Shown here piece after piece: positions 28,006 to 37,594 of a stretch of DNA of 64,000 bases (position 1 is its first letter; every line of letters starts with the position of its first letter). The notes below the pieces were generated by a model that was given only the letters and a program-made list of their open reading frames with translations, was not told the origin of the DNA and did not search any database. Origin of the DNA: a virus; the IMG/VR virus record IMGVR_UViG_3300031772_000013, positions 1 through 64,000 of that record. The stretch is one strand, 5' to 3'. The translations under genes were made by a program, and so were the position numbers.

Positions 28006-28221
28006 ATGGATGCCTATGCAGTCTGCCGCTACGTGAAGCGATACCACGAGAAAAACTGCTACGCGCCCGATCGTTCGAAGCTCGGTTGCTACGACACCTT
28101 CGTCGAGATGCTCATCAAGAACGACATCATCAAGGAGTTGCCGCTGTACGAGGGGGGACCACCCGTGCTCGTGGTGCTCACCGAGAAGGGGATGCGGATG
28201 GCGAAAGAGAAGCGTCGATGA
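28006..28221 (+). CDS. small winged-helix-like hypothetical protein
   Basis: LTEKG motif. Confidence 0.5.
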   Translation: MDAYAVCRYVKRYHEKNCYAPDRSKLGCYDTFVEMLIKNDIIKELPLYEGGPPVLVVLTEKGMRMAKEKRR

Positions 28222-28569
28222 TGGACAAATCACGTCGGGACCGCTACGTTTCTCCTTCGAGCAAGTGCCTCCAGCACACGCTCCCGCCCGCAGCCTCTTT
28301 CGACGGGGGCTGCGGGTTCTCTTTTTGGCGGATCGCGTGAAGCGTGACAACACGCTTCGGCGCTGGACCGTGCTCCTTGAGATTTCTCAAGATGAGCGCA
28401 CCGGGGCGGCGGTAGAGGTGTCCGGAAACGATGAACGATGGACTTGGCGCGTGATCGGAAAATCACGCGGCGAAAGCCTCTCCAGAAAGTCGGCCCGAGC
28501 CGCAGTTCGCCACTACGTTCGCAAACTACCGAGTGTTCTGAAAACCGACCGACAGTTGAGTCTATTTCC

Positions 28570-28770
28570 ATGACCATGACCGACACCGCCCCGATTGGTA
28601 TCTTGATCCCGGAGTCTCTGCTCACCGTGGATACCCCCGAGGCTGCGGCTGCCATCCACTCGACCGCCGGCCTCAAGTCCGTTCTGCTTCACTCGCCCAC
28701 TCCGGACGGCGGATGCTCGTGCGGCAAGATCCACGACAAGTCTGTGGGCAGAGTGAAGAGGTCGAGCTGA
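28570..28770 (+). pseudogene. probable N-terminal remnant of a Prim-Pol gene
   Basis: LHSP...GGCSCG..H then early stop, at the convergent junction. Confidence 0.4.
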
Positions 28771-28779
28771 GAACTTTTT

Positions 28780-28989
28780 TCACTTCTCCCCCACCCACCC
28801 GCACTTCTGGCACTGCCCCATCTTCAGGGGTCCAGTGACGAACGCGAGCGCCCGGGTGAAGTCCTCGATGAGCCGACACCCGCAGCAGCGACAGGTGTTG
28901 CGCATGCGCATCTCGATCGGCAGTAACATGAAGTGCTGACGGTCTCGTTGCGCCTCGATGCCGGCGAGAATTTCTTTTTCTGTCCTCAT
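28780..28989 (-). CDS. small Zn-ribbon protein
   Basis: CxxC...CxxC. Confidence 0.55.
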   Translation of the reverse strand: MRTEKEILAGIEAQRDRQHFMLLPIEMRMRNTCRCCGCRLIEDFTRALAFVTGPLKMGQCQKCGWVGEK

Positions 28990-29165
28990 CAGTATCCGTT
29001 CTTGCTGGCCCAGTTGTCGCCGTTCAAGATGAACGTGCTCTGCGAGATCAAGCGCGTCGCCTCGGCCTTGCCGCACGCAGGGCAGATCCTCGATGGCTCT
29101 TCTGTGATCTTCTGGTCGGTTTCCCACGTGTGCTTGCAGGCACGGCACAAGTACTCGTACGTCAT
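28989..29165 (-). CDS. FmdB-family zinc ribbon protein
   Basis: YEYLCRAC...CPACG...RLIS...F.L.G..W. Confidence 0.85.
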   Translation of the reverse strand: MTYEYLCRACKHTWETDQKITEEPSRICPACGKAEATRLISQSTFILNGDNWASKNGY

Positions 29166-29740
29166 CCGCCTACGGCCACACTCTCGCGTTGAACGAAACG
29201 CACGCCAGGGATCTGGATCTGCCCCTTGGTCGCCTGGCAGACCTTGCGCAAGGCCGACGTGTCGATCAACAGGTACTCCCGCGGCACCAGATTCGGATCC
29301 GTGATCTCCACTTCCCACGTCTTGCGGAACGAGATCGCAGCCGGGGTCGGAGGAGCGGCGAGTGCCGTGAGCTGCGCCATGGCCGTCGGTGTCGGAGCTT
29401 GCCCGGCCGCGACGATCGCCTTGTGCTTCTCTTGACGGAGAACCTCCTGGTACCCGACGACACGTTGCTTCAGCACGCTCTCAATCGTCATGTACGTTTC
29501 TAGCGGGGCACGGAACCACTCGCACACCGCGCGCTCGGCCACACGCAATGGCCCGAGAACGGTCTCTCGCTGTGCGAGCAAGCTGTTCACGCGCGCCTTA
29601 ACATCGATCAAGGCGTCGCAAATCCCGGGGTACGTTTCGACGGTGCATGAGAGATCCTGAAGCGACGCGGACAGCTCCGCGAGCGTTGCTGCGCTCTCCA
29701 GGTCTTGCGGGCGCTGCACCTGAGCAGTTGCGTCGGTCAT
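29162..29740 (-). CDS. Gp157/Gam-like coiled-coil phage protein
   Basis: W.VEITD..LVPREYL..D...IPGV. Confidence 0.65.
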   Translation of the reverse strand: MTDATAQVQRPQDLESAATLAELSASLQDLSCTVETYPGICDALIDVKARVNSLLAQRETVLGPLRVAERAVCEWFRAPLETYMTIESVLKQRVVGYQEVLRQEKHKAIVAAGQAPTPTAMAQLTALAAPPTPAAISFRKTWEVEITDPNLVPREYLLIDTSALRKVCQATKGQIQIPGVRFVQRESVAVGG

Positions 29741-30000
29741 GTTTCGACAATCTCCGTGAGCGGAACCCTGCCGCCGGTGAGGTCGCTGATTGCCTTGCCC
29801 TTCGCGTAGCCCGTGAGCTTGTGCCCTTTCAGTGTGTTCAAGATCGTCGACATCCCGATCTTGCCGCCGGATTTGTCCGCCAGAAGTTTGGCGTAGGCTG
29901 TCTTCGTCATGCCTTCTGGAAGCGTGCTTTCGAACCACGCCTTCAGCGTCGTGACGCTTCTTTTTTTCGTTGCCACTATCTCCACCTTTTCTGGAACCAC
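29737..30000 (-). CDS. small HTH-like protein
   Basis: Cro-like size and helix pattern. Confidence 0.5.
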   Translation of the reverse strand: MVPEKVEIVATKKRSVTTLKAWFESTLPEGMTKTAYAKLLADKSGGKIGMSTILNTLKGHKLTGYAKGKAISDLTGGRVPLTEIVET

Positions 30001-30434
30001 GTTCCTAGACCTATTGCGTCGTACATGTTGTGCGCTTGCGACTTCGGAACCTTAGCCATCTTGCCGAGTTCCAGCGGCGTCAGTGTCTCGCGAACACGCC
30101 GCCAGCACACGTCCTTGGGAAGTTGTCCCTTCCATTCACGCGGCTTGACGAGCGTGACGTGGAACCCGCAAACCGTTGCGCGCTCCGCGTACCGACCGAC
30201 CGTAACGGCCAGGTTGATCAGATCGTTCTGATCACCCTTCTGTTGCTGTCCCGGGTAAACCTGGGGCAGCTCGATGATGCAGTCGCCGGCAGGTTTCCCT
30301 CGCCTGAGAGGTTCCTCGTTCTCAATAAAAAGCCGACACTCCTCCAACGAGCAGACGGTCGCACGACACAGCACCCCACCCTGGAACACCGCCACGCCCG
30401 TCACCTTGCCAGGATCGATCGCTACGAGGGCCAC
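29976..30434 (-). CDS. RuvC-like Holliday junction resolvase
   Basis: AIDPG..TG, IIE, WKG, DAIG. Confidence 0.8.
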   Translation of the reverse strand: MALVAIDPGKVTGVAVFQGGVLCRATVCSLEECRLFIENEEPLRRGKPAGDCIIELPQVYPGQQQKGDQNDLINLAVTVGRYAERATVCGFHVTLVKPREWKGQLPKDVCWRRVRETLTPLELGKMAKVPKSQAHNMYDAIGLGTWFQKRWR

Positions 30435-32434
30435 GGCACGAGCCTCCCTTCCTTGTAGACCGCCTTCGCGTCCTTGCTCCAGTAACGGCACAGGAGCGGC
30501 TCGACCTTCGGCGTCACGTCGGGAATGGCCCGCCGTGCGGCGGCGACCATGATGTCCGCCACGGCCACCGCGCGGTCGTGCGCGCGCTCGTCGTCGAGCA
30601 CCTCGACGAGGTACTGGTCATGGATGAAGTTCACGGGGCGGGAGCCGAAGAGAACGTGATCCTGCTGGTGGTAACAAGCTCGGGCGAGATCGTACCCGGC
30701 CCACGTTGCGGCCGTCGCGCCGAGGCTCTGGAACGGGTCGTTGCACGCGACCGTGTACGACATGTCGGAACGCCGGGAGCCTGTGACGAAACGCTGAAGA
30801 GACACCCTGCCGTTCTCGTTCTCTTGCTTGCCGATGTGATCGAAATAGTGTCGTGCCTCCGGCCACTGCGCGAGCCAGAACCGCTTCAGATCCCTGGCCT
30901 GGTCGACGGTTAGATTTACTTTGTACGAAGACGCGGCGTACTCAACGAAGCTCTCCGCACCGAGACCGCCAGGGAAACCGAAGTTCCCGACTTTGGCCAC
31001 GAGACGACGCTGCTCAACCTCCTTGTCGCCGGCCTTGCGACGAGACTTCGCATCCTGGTACGTGATGCCAAGGATCTGCGCGGCAAAAGCCAGATGCGGA
31101 TCATTCTCCTCTGTGCTGTTCAGCACGTCCGCCATACGCGAGCGTCCAAACCACCACAGGCACGTCTGCGCGAACGTGCAGAGTTCGAGCATCCCGTAGT
31201 CCGCATCGACGTAGATGTGCCCTGGACGCGGGCGGAAACACTCCCGCATCCCGGCGAGGCGTTTGATGTTCTGGATGTTGGGCTTGCTGGACGACGTGCG
31301 CCCTGTTTCCAAGAGAGGCTCGAAGCGCGTCTGGATCGGCTTGTTGATCCCTTTCCGGAGGATCGGCAGATCCGTCGAGACAACCTTCGCCAGGCTCGAG
31401 TAGTCGGCGTAGGCGCAGAGAATCGGATCTCCGGTCGCCTTGCACGTGGCGTCATCCAACGAGACGTCGCCACCGTCCGTCTCCGCGATCGGCAAGCCCT
31501 TGTCCTTGCAGACCTTCACCATCAGATCCTTCGCGGCCTTGGTGTCCCGCGTGCCCCAAACCTTCGCTTTGGTGGTTTTGCGAGCCTTCACCTTGTCAGT
31601 CTTCGCTAACTTAGCCAAAGCAATGACGAGGGCCTCCTTTGCAGTAATCTTTTTCTTGCGGGCCTTCGTTTTGGTTTTCTTGTGTGTTTCCTTTACGACG
31701 TCGTCTTCAAGACGCACCAAACCCCAGTTCACCAGTACGTCCCTGATTTCCTTGATGTGCTGCTCCGTGGCCTGCACGAACGCAGCAACCGCTTCCGGGT
31801 TCGTCTTGATCCCGTAGCAGGACATGAGGTGTAGCATCCACGCCGTGCGGCACCGTGCGGGCTCGTCAAGGAGCAGTGCCGCGTCAGCCTCCTGTGCCTG
31901 GTAGACGGCCATCGTCGCAAGCGCATCGTCCTTGGCGTACTGGCAAGCGTCCGCCGGCCAGTCGGAGAGCGGAACTTCGTAGAGCTCAGAGTATCGCAGG
32001 CGCCAGGTGTCCTCGCCCTTGGAAAGTTCGTGACCAAGACGACGCTTGACCACATCCGCGAGGCCGTACTCGATCTTGTACGTCTTGCCGTTCTCGTCCT
32101 TACGGAAACTTCGGTAGCAACCTTGAGCGATGTCGATCATTTTCTGACGCATGAGCACGTCACGGACCAGACCGCGGTCGTAGAGCGTCCAGATCCGATC
32201 ATCGAGCGACGGATCGTGCGCAAGCATCACACCCATGTCGAAGGCCACGTTCGCGCCGATGAGTGGCTCATTCTTCGCGAGCGCGTAGTCAACCAACGCA
32301 CGGAACACAGGAGAGCCGTCGATTGCGTGCTCAAGTCGAACGTTGTGGTCCGAATCGGCCCAAGAAATGCAAACCAGATCCGGGGCGAGGTTGCCGTCGT
32401 TGATCAGGAAGGTCTCGGTGTCGAAGGCGAGCAT
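30422..32434 (-). CDS. polA: family A DNA polymerase with 3'-5' exonuclease
   Basis: FDTET, N..FD, YA.DD; TGRTSS..PN.QN; DADY..LE; R..AK..NFG; HDQ. Confidence 0.93.
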   Translation of the reverse strand: MLAFDTETFLINDGNLAPDLVCISWADSDHNVRLEHAIDGSPVFRALVDYALAKNEPLIGANVAFDMGVMLAHDPSLDDRIWTLYDRGLVRDVLMRQKMIDIAQGCYRSFRKDENGKTYKIEYGLADVVKRRLGHELSKGEDTWRLRYSELYEVPLSDWPADACQYAKDDALATMAVYQAQEADAALLLDEPARCRTAWMLHLMSCYGIKTNPEAVAAFVQATEQHIKEIRDVLVNWGLVRLEDDVVKETHKKTKTKARKKKITAKEALVIALAKLAKTDKVKARKTTKAKVWGTRDTKAAKDLMVKVCKDKGLPIAETDGGDVSLDDATCKATGDPILCAYADYSSLAKVVSTDLPILRKGINKPIQTRFEPLLETGRTSSSKPNIQNIKRLAGMRECFRPRPGHIYVDADYGMLELCTFAQTCLWWFGRSRMADVLNSTEENDPHLAFAAQILGITYQDAKSRRKAGDKEVEQRRLVAKVGNFGFPGGLGAESFVEYAASSYKVNLTVDQARDLKRFWLAQWPEARHYFDHIGKQENENGRVSLQRFVTGSRRSDMSYTVACNDPFQSLGATAATWAGYDLARACYHQQDHVLFGSRPVNFIHDQYLVEVLDDERAHDRAVAVADIMVAAARRAIPDVTPKVEPLLCRYWSKDAKAVYKEGRLVPWPS

Positions 32435-32479
32435 CGGAAATCAACCCCGCCCCGGGGTCACCAGGGGCGGGGTCCTCTC

Positions 32480-33235
32480 TCACTTAGGGCTCATCCACGG
32501 CGGAAGCGCGACAGCCGGAGGCATGGCGGGCTGGCCGTAGGGGGCCTGCGCCGGGGCGTACGCGGGCGGCGGTGCCTGCGGGGCCGAGGCGTACGCGGGC
32601 GGCGGTGCCTGCGGGGCCAGCGCAGGCGGAGCGTAGGCCGGCGGCGCGTAGACGGGCGGTGTGCCGCCGTGCGCCGAAGGGTACCCCAGAGGAGCAGCCG
32701 CGGGTTGCGCCGCTGACCTCTGAAGCGCCTGTGCCACCGCTGGAGTCGGCGTGGGCTGCCAACCCGGCGCCGGGGTCCACGGGGACCACACGTGGAGCGT
32801 GAACTCCTTGTTCATCTTGGTCATGATGACCCGACACTCGACGGAAACCGTCTCACGCCCACCGAGCACGGCCACACCCTGCACCTCGAGTGCAGTCATG
32901 AGTGCCGGAAGCTGGGGATTGAGCTGCTGCTCGATCTGCTGCATGTGTTCGGGGTTCGAGATGTCGAATCCGAGGACTGCCGCCACCATCTCCTTGATGT
33001 TCGAGAACGCCTGCTGCTGCTGCACCATCTTGACGAAGTACGTCCCCTTGCTCCCGATCGGGTGCGCGGGGTTGTCACTCTCCAAGACTTCGAACTCAGT
33101 GATGAACGCTACTCCAGACTTCTGCGTCTGCTTGCTCAGGCACCTGAGCAAGTGGAGCTTGTACCTCCCGGGGCTGAAGTAGTTGCCACGCTCGAAAATA
33201 GGCGCTTGCGCTATCTGGGACCAATCAATGGGCAT
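32480..33235 (-). CDS. putative ssDNA-binding/replication accessory protein with Pro/Ala/Tyr tail
   Basis: position between helicase and polymerase; beta-rich core. Confidence 0.5.
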   Translation of the reverse strand: MPIDWSQIAQAPIFERGNYFSPGRYKLHLLRCLSKQTQKSGVAFITEFEVLESDNPAHPIGSKGTYFVKMVQQQQAFSNIKEMVAAVLGFDISNPEHMQQIEQQLNPQLPALMTALEVQGVAVLGGRETVSVECRVIMTKMNKEFTLHVWSPWTPAPGWQPTPTPAVAQALQRSAAQPAAAPLGYPSAHGGTPPVYAPPAYAPPALAPQAPPPAYASAPQAPPPAYAPAQAPYGQPAMPPAVALPPWMSPK

Positions 33236-33285
33236 GATTCTTGTTCCTTGTTCTTTGTTGTCGAGATCAGAGACGGGAAAATTCC

Positions 33286-33325
33286 CGCGAGCTGCACGTG
33301 AAGGAGGTTTCGCGTGCAGCTCGCG
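33286..33325 (-). terminator. 17-bp stem hairpin
   Basis: CGCGAGCTGCACGTGAA / TTCGCGTGCAGCTCGCG, followed on the minus strand by a short U run. Confidence 0.5.
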
Positions 33326-33326
33326 A

Positions 33327-33698
33327 TCAAGTTCCGCGAAAGTTAAACACTGCGTTGATGCCCGTCGCTTTCACCCGAAACCCTTCGAGGAGTGCGGCGA
33401 GAATGAACGCCCCATTCGCGATGTACTTATGACCGCCGTGTGCATCGGTCCACTTCTCCACTTCGTGTTTGTAACCGTAGCTTCCGATACACAAACCATT
33501 TTTCGGAAAATATGAAAGAGGTTTAGCGTGCAACCGAAGCCAATCTCTACACACCTCCACCTGATTCATTTCAATCGGGCACACCTCTCCGGCACGCCCC
33601 TTGTGGCAATAGCAACCGGTCGAAGAACGAGGCAAGCAACCGCAACCAGTTATTTGTTCGGGTGTTGTTATCAAGAACGTCTCCTTAACATCTCTCAT
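33327..33698 (-). CDS. lower-GC hypothetical protein (SYG.KH.VE...Y..NG.FI type)
   Basis: ATG at 33698 overlapping the helicase stop. Confidence 0.7.
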   Translation of the reverse strand: MRDVKETFLITTPEQITGCGCLPRSSTGCYCHKGRAGEVCPIEMNQVEVCRDWLRLHAKPLSYFPKNGLCIGSYGYKHEVEKWTDAHGGHKYIANGAFILAALLEGFRVKATGINAVFNFRGT

Positions 33699-35473
33699 TT
33701 GCTCCAAACCGCTCCTCTCAAGTGTGTCGTGTCCGGGACAACGATGTCCGCGAGCAAAAGTTTCTGACGGTCGCCCGTGATGTCCTCCTGGTACTGCGCG
33801 TCGCTCTGCATGATGCGCATGGCGTCCACGTGCTCCGCACACGAGATCACGATGTCGCAGATCACCTCGTCCGCCTCCTGCCCGTCACGGTGCGTGCGGG
33901 CCAGCAGTTGTTGCCACCGATCCCCCTGCTGCGGCGGCGAGACGACAAGGTTCCTCGAGAACCTCTGGAGGTTCCGGCCCTCTCGGTTCGCCTCGATCGA
34001 AAGAATCGCGCACCTACCTTCGAAGTTCTCGATCGAGTTTCCCTGTGCATCGAGCCCCTCACCGGCAAAGTAAGGCAACCCCGTCTTGGCCGACAGACGA
34101 CGTGCGAAGTCGACGTGCTCGCACCAGATCAATCCACCGTACTCAGCCCAGCGCTGGCAGCGGTTCAAAACAGAGTCGTCGAACGGGACCGCGACGGTGC
34201 GCGGCTTGAACGTGTCGCGCACGGCTACCCAAGCCTTGTACTCCTCGTCGCCATACCACTCCGGATGCTCGACGCACGCAAGCGCGACCTGCATCTCGGA
34301 GTCGAGGTGACGTCGATTGTCCTTGAGAGTTTTACGACAAAACGCGGACCACGCCTTGCGTGCCTCAAGCCAGGCATCGGGCGGGCGAACAGCCCACTTG
34401 TAGAAGAAGCCCAAGGCGAGCTCTCGCGCGTGACGCCAGATCGCGAAACCGTCGGCGAGGGGGCCGCCGTCGGGCGTTTCCCACCGTTCACGAAGCGTAT
34501 CGAACGCAGCGGCGGTCTCTCCCGAGGTCTCCACGATGTGCCCCTGAACCCGGAGGCTGACGTCGCAACCCACACCCGAGGCCGTCACCACGCCAGGTGT
34601 GTCGTTGATACGTCTGCGGACAGCGGTACGGGCGCGCTTCGTCGGATCGCCGACGTCTTCCTCGGTGGCGAGCTTCAAGATCGCCCCGGGGTGCAAGGGC
34701 GGCACGATCGCGTTCGGCCGCTCATCGAGAGCCAGAGCCCACGCTTCGAGTTCGTTGTAGTGCCGCGGAAGCGGCGTCCGGAGCTTCAGGGACCACATGA
34801 GCAAGTGCGCGAAGTCGTGGAGAGAGCGCTTGGAGATCGTGCCGGTCAGAATGACCATCCGAGTCTCTGGGTGGTCGTGCATGAACCGAGAGACGCGCTT
34901 CGTCACGGCCGCACGTTTGTTCTTCAGTTTGTGGGCCTCGTCGCAAATGATCAAATCCGGGTTGCACTTCGCAAGCGTGTCCGCGCCAGAGACTCGGCCA
35001 AGGCTCTGATAGCTCACGATGTGAAGGAACGTCGGGAGCTTCCAATGTTGAGCGAGCTTGCGCGCTTCCGTTCGCGTCTTCTCAATCAAAGCCGCGGGCA
35101 CGATCAACATCGGCGCTCGCGCTTCGAGAACGATTGGCATGAGCAGGGAAATGAGCGTCTTCCCTCCAGAGACTCGAATCGGCCCGAAGAGGCCCTGGTA
35201 GTCGTGGGCCTCGAAGAGTGCCTGCGCCTGCACCGGACGCAGTCGCATCGTTCCGTTCGGAGTCTTCAGGTGCTCGGTGAGAAGATCGATCCGCTCCTCT
35301 TCCTCTTCGGGAGTGAGAGGAACCCGGCGTGGAAGCATCAAAATGCGATCCAGCTCAGGAGAATGTTTCACCCCTTCCGCCTCACGGATCTTGCCGAGAG
35401 CAGTACCTCGCCTAGCGCCGTTGGTGACTTCGGCGACGGCAGCGAAGACGTTGGAGAGATCGATCTCAGGCAT
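33695..35473 (-). CDS. SF2 (SNF2-like) helicase
   Basis: LRPVQ, GGKT, DEAH, LTGT, G.NLQ, Q...R.HR.GQ. Confidence 0.88.
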   Translation of the reverse strand: MPEIDLSNVFAAVAEVTNGARRGTALGKIREAEGVKHSPELDRILMLPRRVPLTPEEEEERIDLLTEHLKTPNGTMRLRPVQAQALFEAHDYQGLFGPIRVSGGKTLISLLMPIVLEARAPMLIVPAALIEKTRTEARKLAQHWKLPTFLHIVSYQSLGRVSGADTLAKCNPDLIICDEAHKLKNKRAAVTKRVSRFMHDHPETRMVILTGTISKRSLHDFAHLLMWSLKLRTPLPRHYNELEAWALALDERPNAIVPPLHPGAILKLATEEDVGDPTKRARTAVRRRINDTPGVVTASGVGCDVSLRVQGHIVETSGETAAAFDTLRERWETPDGGPLADGFAIWRHARELALGFFYKWAVRPPDAWLEARKAWSAFCRKTLKDNRRHLDSEMQVALACVEHPEWYGDEEYKAWVAVRDTFKPRTVAVPFDDSVLNRCQRWAEYGGLIWCEHVDFARRLSAKTGLPYFAGEGLDAQGNSIENFEGRCAILSIEANREGRNLQRFSRNLVVSPPQQGDRWQQLLARTHRDGQEADEVICDIVISCAEHVDAMRIMQSDAQYQEDITGDRQKLLLADIVVPDTTHLRGAVWSK

Positions 35474-35581
35474 GGACTCAGCGTCGACCCTTCGCGTCGG
35501 GATGTAGCGCGCCGCACTTCCAGCAGGTGGGCGACACGGACGACCACGAATGGTCGAACAAGAAGCATAGTATCCGTTGAA

Positions 35582-37036
35582 TCACCGGAACGCCCTCACG
35601 ACCTTCGTCGCCCGAGAGATCCACACGCCCGCCGTGTCCTCCTCCGCACGTGTGTTGCCGAACACCACATCACCCAGCGGCGCGTTGCTCGCCGTCTCGC
35701 ACAAGGCGAGCACTTCCTCAAGAACTTTGCAGAGTTCGCCAGGACCCTTGCCGTGTTCCATCTCCTGATAGTGGGCGACGTTGTGCAACTCCTTCAAGCG
35801 GTCGTGCGCAGCGTTCACATAGATCAAGGCGCTCGTCACCTCGCAGCCGATCGGAGCGCAGCCGACGTAGAGGACGAAGCCGGTAGGTGGCGCCGCAGGG
35901 GCAGCGACCGTGTGTGCAGAAGGCGCAGAAGCGCTTTCGATCGTCCCCGAGGCTGGCTCTTTCTTCCTCGGACGCCCAGGCTTCCTCGGGGCAGCGGCCT
36001 CTTGCGTAGGTTCGACCACAGGAACAGGAGCAGGAGCAGGAACAGGAGGAGTGAAGACAGCCGGCGGCGTGGCCTGCATGGACAGCACGAACGGCGTGGC
36101 TGGCACAGACGGAGCGGTCTGAGAGAACGACGGCGCAGGCGGCGAGGGCGGAACCGGCGCGATCTGAGGGAACGGCAGTACCGGCTGGGGCGCCGCCTGC
36201 ACGGGCTGGGGCGGCACGAACGCCTCCGGAGGATGGATCGGGCTCGGAGGGCGTCCGGCCTTCATTGCTTTGAGCCTGTCGGTGAGAGACATCCCTGCCT
36301 GGGTCATGGTCGCTTGAACTCTCTGGGTTGGGGTCGGATTACAGATTGAAAGAAACGCACAACCTCCGAAAGCGTCGCAAGCTCGGAAGTCTGGAGTGAA
36401 GTCGAGCGCGGACGCATCGGACGGAACTTCGTGGTGGAGCTTCGTGATCTCTCCGGCAACCAGGTCCACGTGCTCGAAGAACAGCTCGGCGATCGAGTTT
36501 CTGGACACGATCTGGAAACGGGACTCGGCTTTCCTTGCGCCCGTCGTCTTGTAATAGACCCAGTCGAGAGCCAAGTGATTGTCGTTCGGGTTCTTGTGGA
36601 ACTCGTCCACGGCGTAGATGAGCGCCTGGGGGTGGCAGAGGATATCTTCAACTGTCTTCGCCCACGTGAACGCCTTCGTGGTTTTGTGGTCGCCAACATG
36701 GATCAGGCCGTTGGCGTCGCGGTACCGGAAATCTTTGAACCCCGTGTACCAGGCGCGCTGGCTCGCGAAATGGAACTTCTCTTCAGTGACGAGCGTCGGG
36801 GTCCGGGGCGCGGGCAAAAGATGAAGACCGCTCGCAGCGATCTCGCCTTCTGGCGTCCACGTGTCGGGGGCTGTGCCGTCCGTGAGCCACTTCTCGAGGA
36901 TCGCGTGCACGCGGGTCCCCAAGGCGGCGGAGTCGTTCGACGGAGGGCGCTTGTTCTCTATGTAACTGAAGGCCCATTTACGTGGGCAGAGATCGAAGAC
37001 CTCGATCTCGGACGCGCTGACGTAGAGTTGCCCCAT
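35582..37036 (-). CDS. PD-(D/E)xK (RecB/Cas4-like) nuclease with Pro-rich linker
   Basis: S.S....CPRKW, GT.VH, G..D, DHKT, Q..IY, C-terminal Cys cluster. Confidence 0.85.
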   Translation of the reverse strand: MGQLYVSASEIEVFDLCPRKWAFSYIENKRPPSNDSAALGTRVHAILEKWLTDGTAPDTWTPEGEIAASGLHLLPAPRTPTLVTEEKFHFASQRAWYTGFKDFRYRDANGLIHVGDHKTTKAFTWAKTVEDILCHPQALIYAVDEFHKNPNDNHLALDWVYYKTTGARKAESRFQIVSRNSIAELFFEHVDLVAGEITKLHHEVPSDASALDFTPDFRACDAFGGCAFLSICNPTPTQRVQATMTQAGMSLTDRLKAMKAGRPPSPIHPPEAFVPPQPVQAAPQPVLPFPQIAPVPPSPPAPSFSQTAPSVPATPFVLSMQATPPAVFTPPVPAPAPVPVVEPTQEAAAPRKPGRPRKKEPASGTIESASAPSAHTVAAPAAPPTGFVLYVGCAPIGCEVTSALIYVNAAHDRLKELHNVAHYQEMEHGKGPGELCKVLEEVLALCETASNAPLGDVVFGNTRAEEDTAGVWISRATKVVRAFR

Positions 37037-37407
37037 CAGACTTCGTCTTTTTCCCAGCCAGGGGGCACGCCACCGCAAGGCTCGGCGATCCGCTCGTCCT
37101 GAACCGAAAGCAAACACTCCTGGCACAACGTCTGGTCGTTGAGTCGATCGACATCGTGCGTCCCGTGCGGCTCGGGCATGATCCGACAGACGGACATGCA
37201 CACGAACCCTTCGGGGATCCCGTACGCCGGACCACGCAAGATGTAGGTCACAAGAAAGTTCGCCCAGGCGTCGGACCCGGTCCGTGCGAGCCGGAGCACA
37301 TCTCCGACGACGTATCCGCGATCGTCGCGACGGAACTCGAACGTCTTGATTCTCGACACGAGGGCGTCGAACGGCTCGGGGTCGCACTTCAGGTTCAGTT
37401 CCGCCAC
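37036..37407 (-). CDS. DUF3850/ASCH-like protein
   Basis: LK..P..F......KTFE.R.DDR.Y.VGD.L.L. Confidence 0.85.
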   Translation of the reverse strand: MAELNLKCDPEPFDALVSRIKTFEFRRDDRGYVVGDVLRLARTGSDAWANFLVTYILRGPAYGIPEGFVCMSVCRIMPEPHGTHDVDRLNDQTLCQECLLSVQDERIAEPCGGVPPGWEKDEV

Positions 37408-37594
37408 GCCTCGTCGTTATCCCGCCCACCGACCCGTCCGTCAAGTTTTTTCTCTAACCTCTCAGACTACTGGACGTGCTTTCGTTTTTCCGGTAGTCCC
37501 GGAAGTCCCTCCCGATCCGCCGCAACCGTACTGGTCGACCTTGTACGCTAGCGGCGGATCGGAGAGGGCATTTGTTCCGCCGGAGGTCCGCCAC

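Noticed and set aside
32520-32660. Tandem DNA repeats
   Set aside because: Explained by the coding PQAPPPAYA low-complexity tail.
33722-36349. 875-aa plus-strand ORF and similar long antisense ORFs (e.g. 23991-24770, 2166-3374, 5478-6536)
   Set aside because: Shadow frames of motif-bearing genes on the opposite strand, expected at high GC; no motifs of their own.
35582-37036. CRISPR adaptation (cas4) locus
   Set aside because: No cas1/cas2 or array; context is a phage replication operon.
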